From NCBI RefSeq assembly GCF_033153115.1, contig NW_026889761.1, forward strand, positions 17,794,001-17,858,000: a stretch of DNA of 64,000 nt, read 5' to 3'. Both the position numbers and the translations under genes were made by a program. This document shows, piece by piece, positions 63,076 to 64,000 of the stretch. Source of the DNA: Saccostrea echinata. Its lineage: Eukaryota. The notes under the pieces were generated by a model. That model saw only the letters and a program-made list of their open reading frames with translations. It was not told the origin of the DNA and did no database searches. The stretch's first letter is position 1. Every line of letters begins with the position of its first letter.

Positions 63076-63603
63076 TCGAGTGCTTGTTGATGCTAATATT
63101 TCCTGATTTATATATTTATTTCAACAAAATGTCACTCAATAACAACAAATTAACATGGACACTGCATGAAAAGACATTGCATGGAATTTTCAGTTTAGGA
63201 TCTTAAACAGCCACTGCACTTTTGACTCTAAAATGTTTTGGTATAAAATAAAATTGGTAATAAAAATCATCTAACCAAATGCGATATGTTCATTTTATGT
63301 ATATTGATATACGTGATAACATTGGTAAACATGTCACTAACGTGATTATAGCTTAACGAAAGCTGATAACGACAACAGAGTGGAAAGTACTCGAATTCGT
63401 AAAATGGCTTCTTCATTGAAAGGACCCAATACACAAGTGTCAGGTAAATTTGTTTTTGTTTTAACGTTGCTTTAACGTTAAATTTTAATGTTTTTTTTTC
63501 TTGTAAAGCATTTGTTCTCTTGAATATGTACATTTTCTTGTTGTCTATATTATCATTTACACGACCACATAATGTGTTATACATAAATCTTAATATATGT
63601 ATG

Positions 63604-63907
63604 TTTTGTTTGTTTGTTTGTTTATTGTTTAACGTCCCTCTCGAGAATTTTTCACTCATATGGAGACGCCACCACTTGCCGGTGGAGAGCTGCAAACTTT
63701 TGGCCTATATTCGGCACTCAGGGCCGTTGAGCAGTGAGGGATCTTTTTCGTGCCAGCACCTACTGCGACACGGGACTTCGGTTTATACGGTCTCATCCGA
63801 AGGACCGGTCTCCACGTCCCACACTGGGATTCGAACCCGCGACGTAAGGATCAACTCCTTACTCCGCGACTCTAGAGCGAACGCTCTAACCAATGCGCCA
63901 CACGGGC
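63604..63907 (-). mobile_element. tRNA-derived SINE
   Basis: Minus strand GCCCGTG-TGGCGCATTGG (A box)...GGTTCGAATCC (B box), ~200-nt body, (AAAC)n tail. Confidence 0.85.
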
Positions 63908-64000
63908 GACTAATATATGTATGTAATCATTTATGTGTTTTACATAGGCATTTCTTGATACATAAAATAATATGAAAAGACAATAGGCATTCAGCGGCAT

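Noticed and set aside
63810-63907. tRNA gene
   Set aside because: A and B boxes are present but no clean cloverleaf; it continues into a SINE body and (AAAC)n tail. The overlapping 142- and 151-aa ORFs are incidental.

Overview
Eukaryotic, AT-rich, intron-containing DNA. The repeat families (166-bp Cg170-like satellite inside Helentron-type elements, Penelope/Naiad-type RT relics, a tRNA-derived SINE) and a C1q-domain gene point to a bivalve, most likely an oyster; this is inference. Genes reconstructed by hand from GT-AG exons: (1) a 9-exon, ~1117-aa NLR-like gene on the minus strand (3508-8834) with a death-fold/DED-like N-terminus, NB-ARC-type STAND NTPase, TPR repeats and a Ser-rich tail; (2) a tandem paralog of it (ATG 1900, running off the left edge) that the ORF track misses and whose exon 2 is truncated; (3) a C1q-domain gene (23336-24688, +); (4) RWDD1 (25223-34019, -); (5) MIX23/CCDC58 (36434-41214, -); (6) head-to-head with it, an importin-alpha of the KPNA1/5/6 clade (41799-50255, +); (7) a frameshifted partial tandem duplicate of that gene (55925-59189). 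The most notable non-coding signal is a minimal type I hammerhead ribozyme (CUGAAGA...GAAA, palindromic stem III) in a ~347-nt direct-repeat unit typical of non-LTR retrozymes. One copy lies sense within intron 2 of the NLR paralog. A second, internally deleted copy lies sense in the duplicated importin 3' UTR. Other highlights: probable ancient RWDD1-MIX23-KPNA microsynteny, recurrent tandem duplications centred on splice donors, many TIR/TSD-defined DNA elements, and a family of palindromic hairpin elements. No database searches were run; exon edges and family labels come from manual reading.
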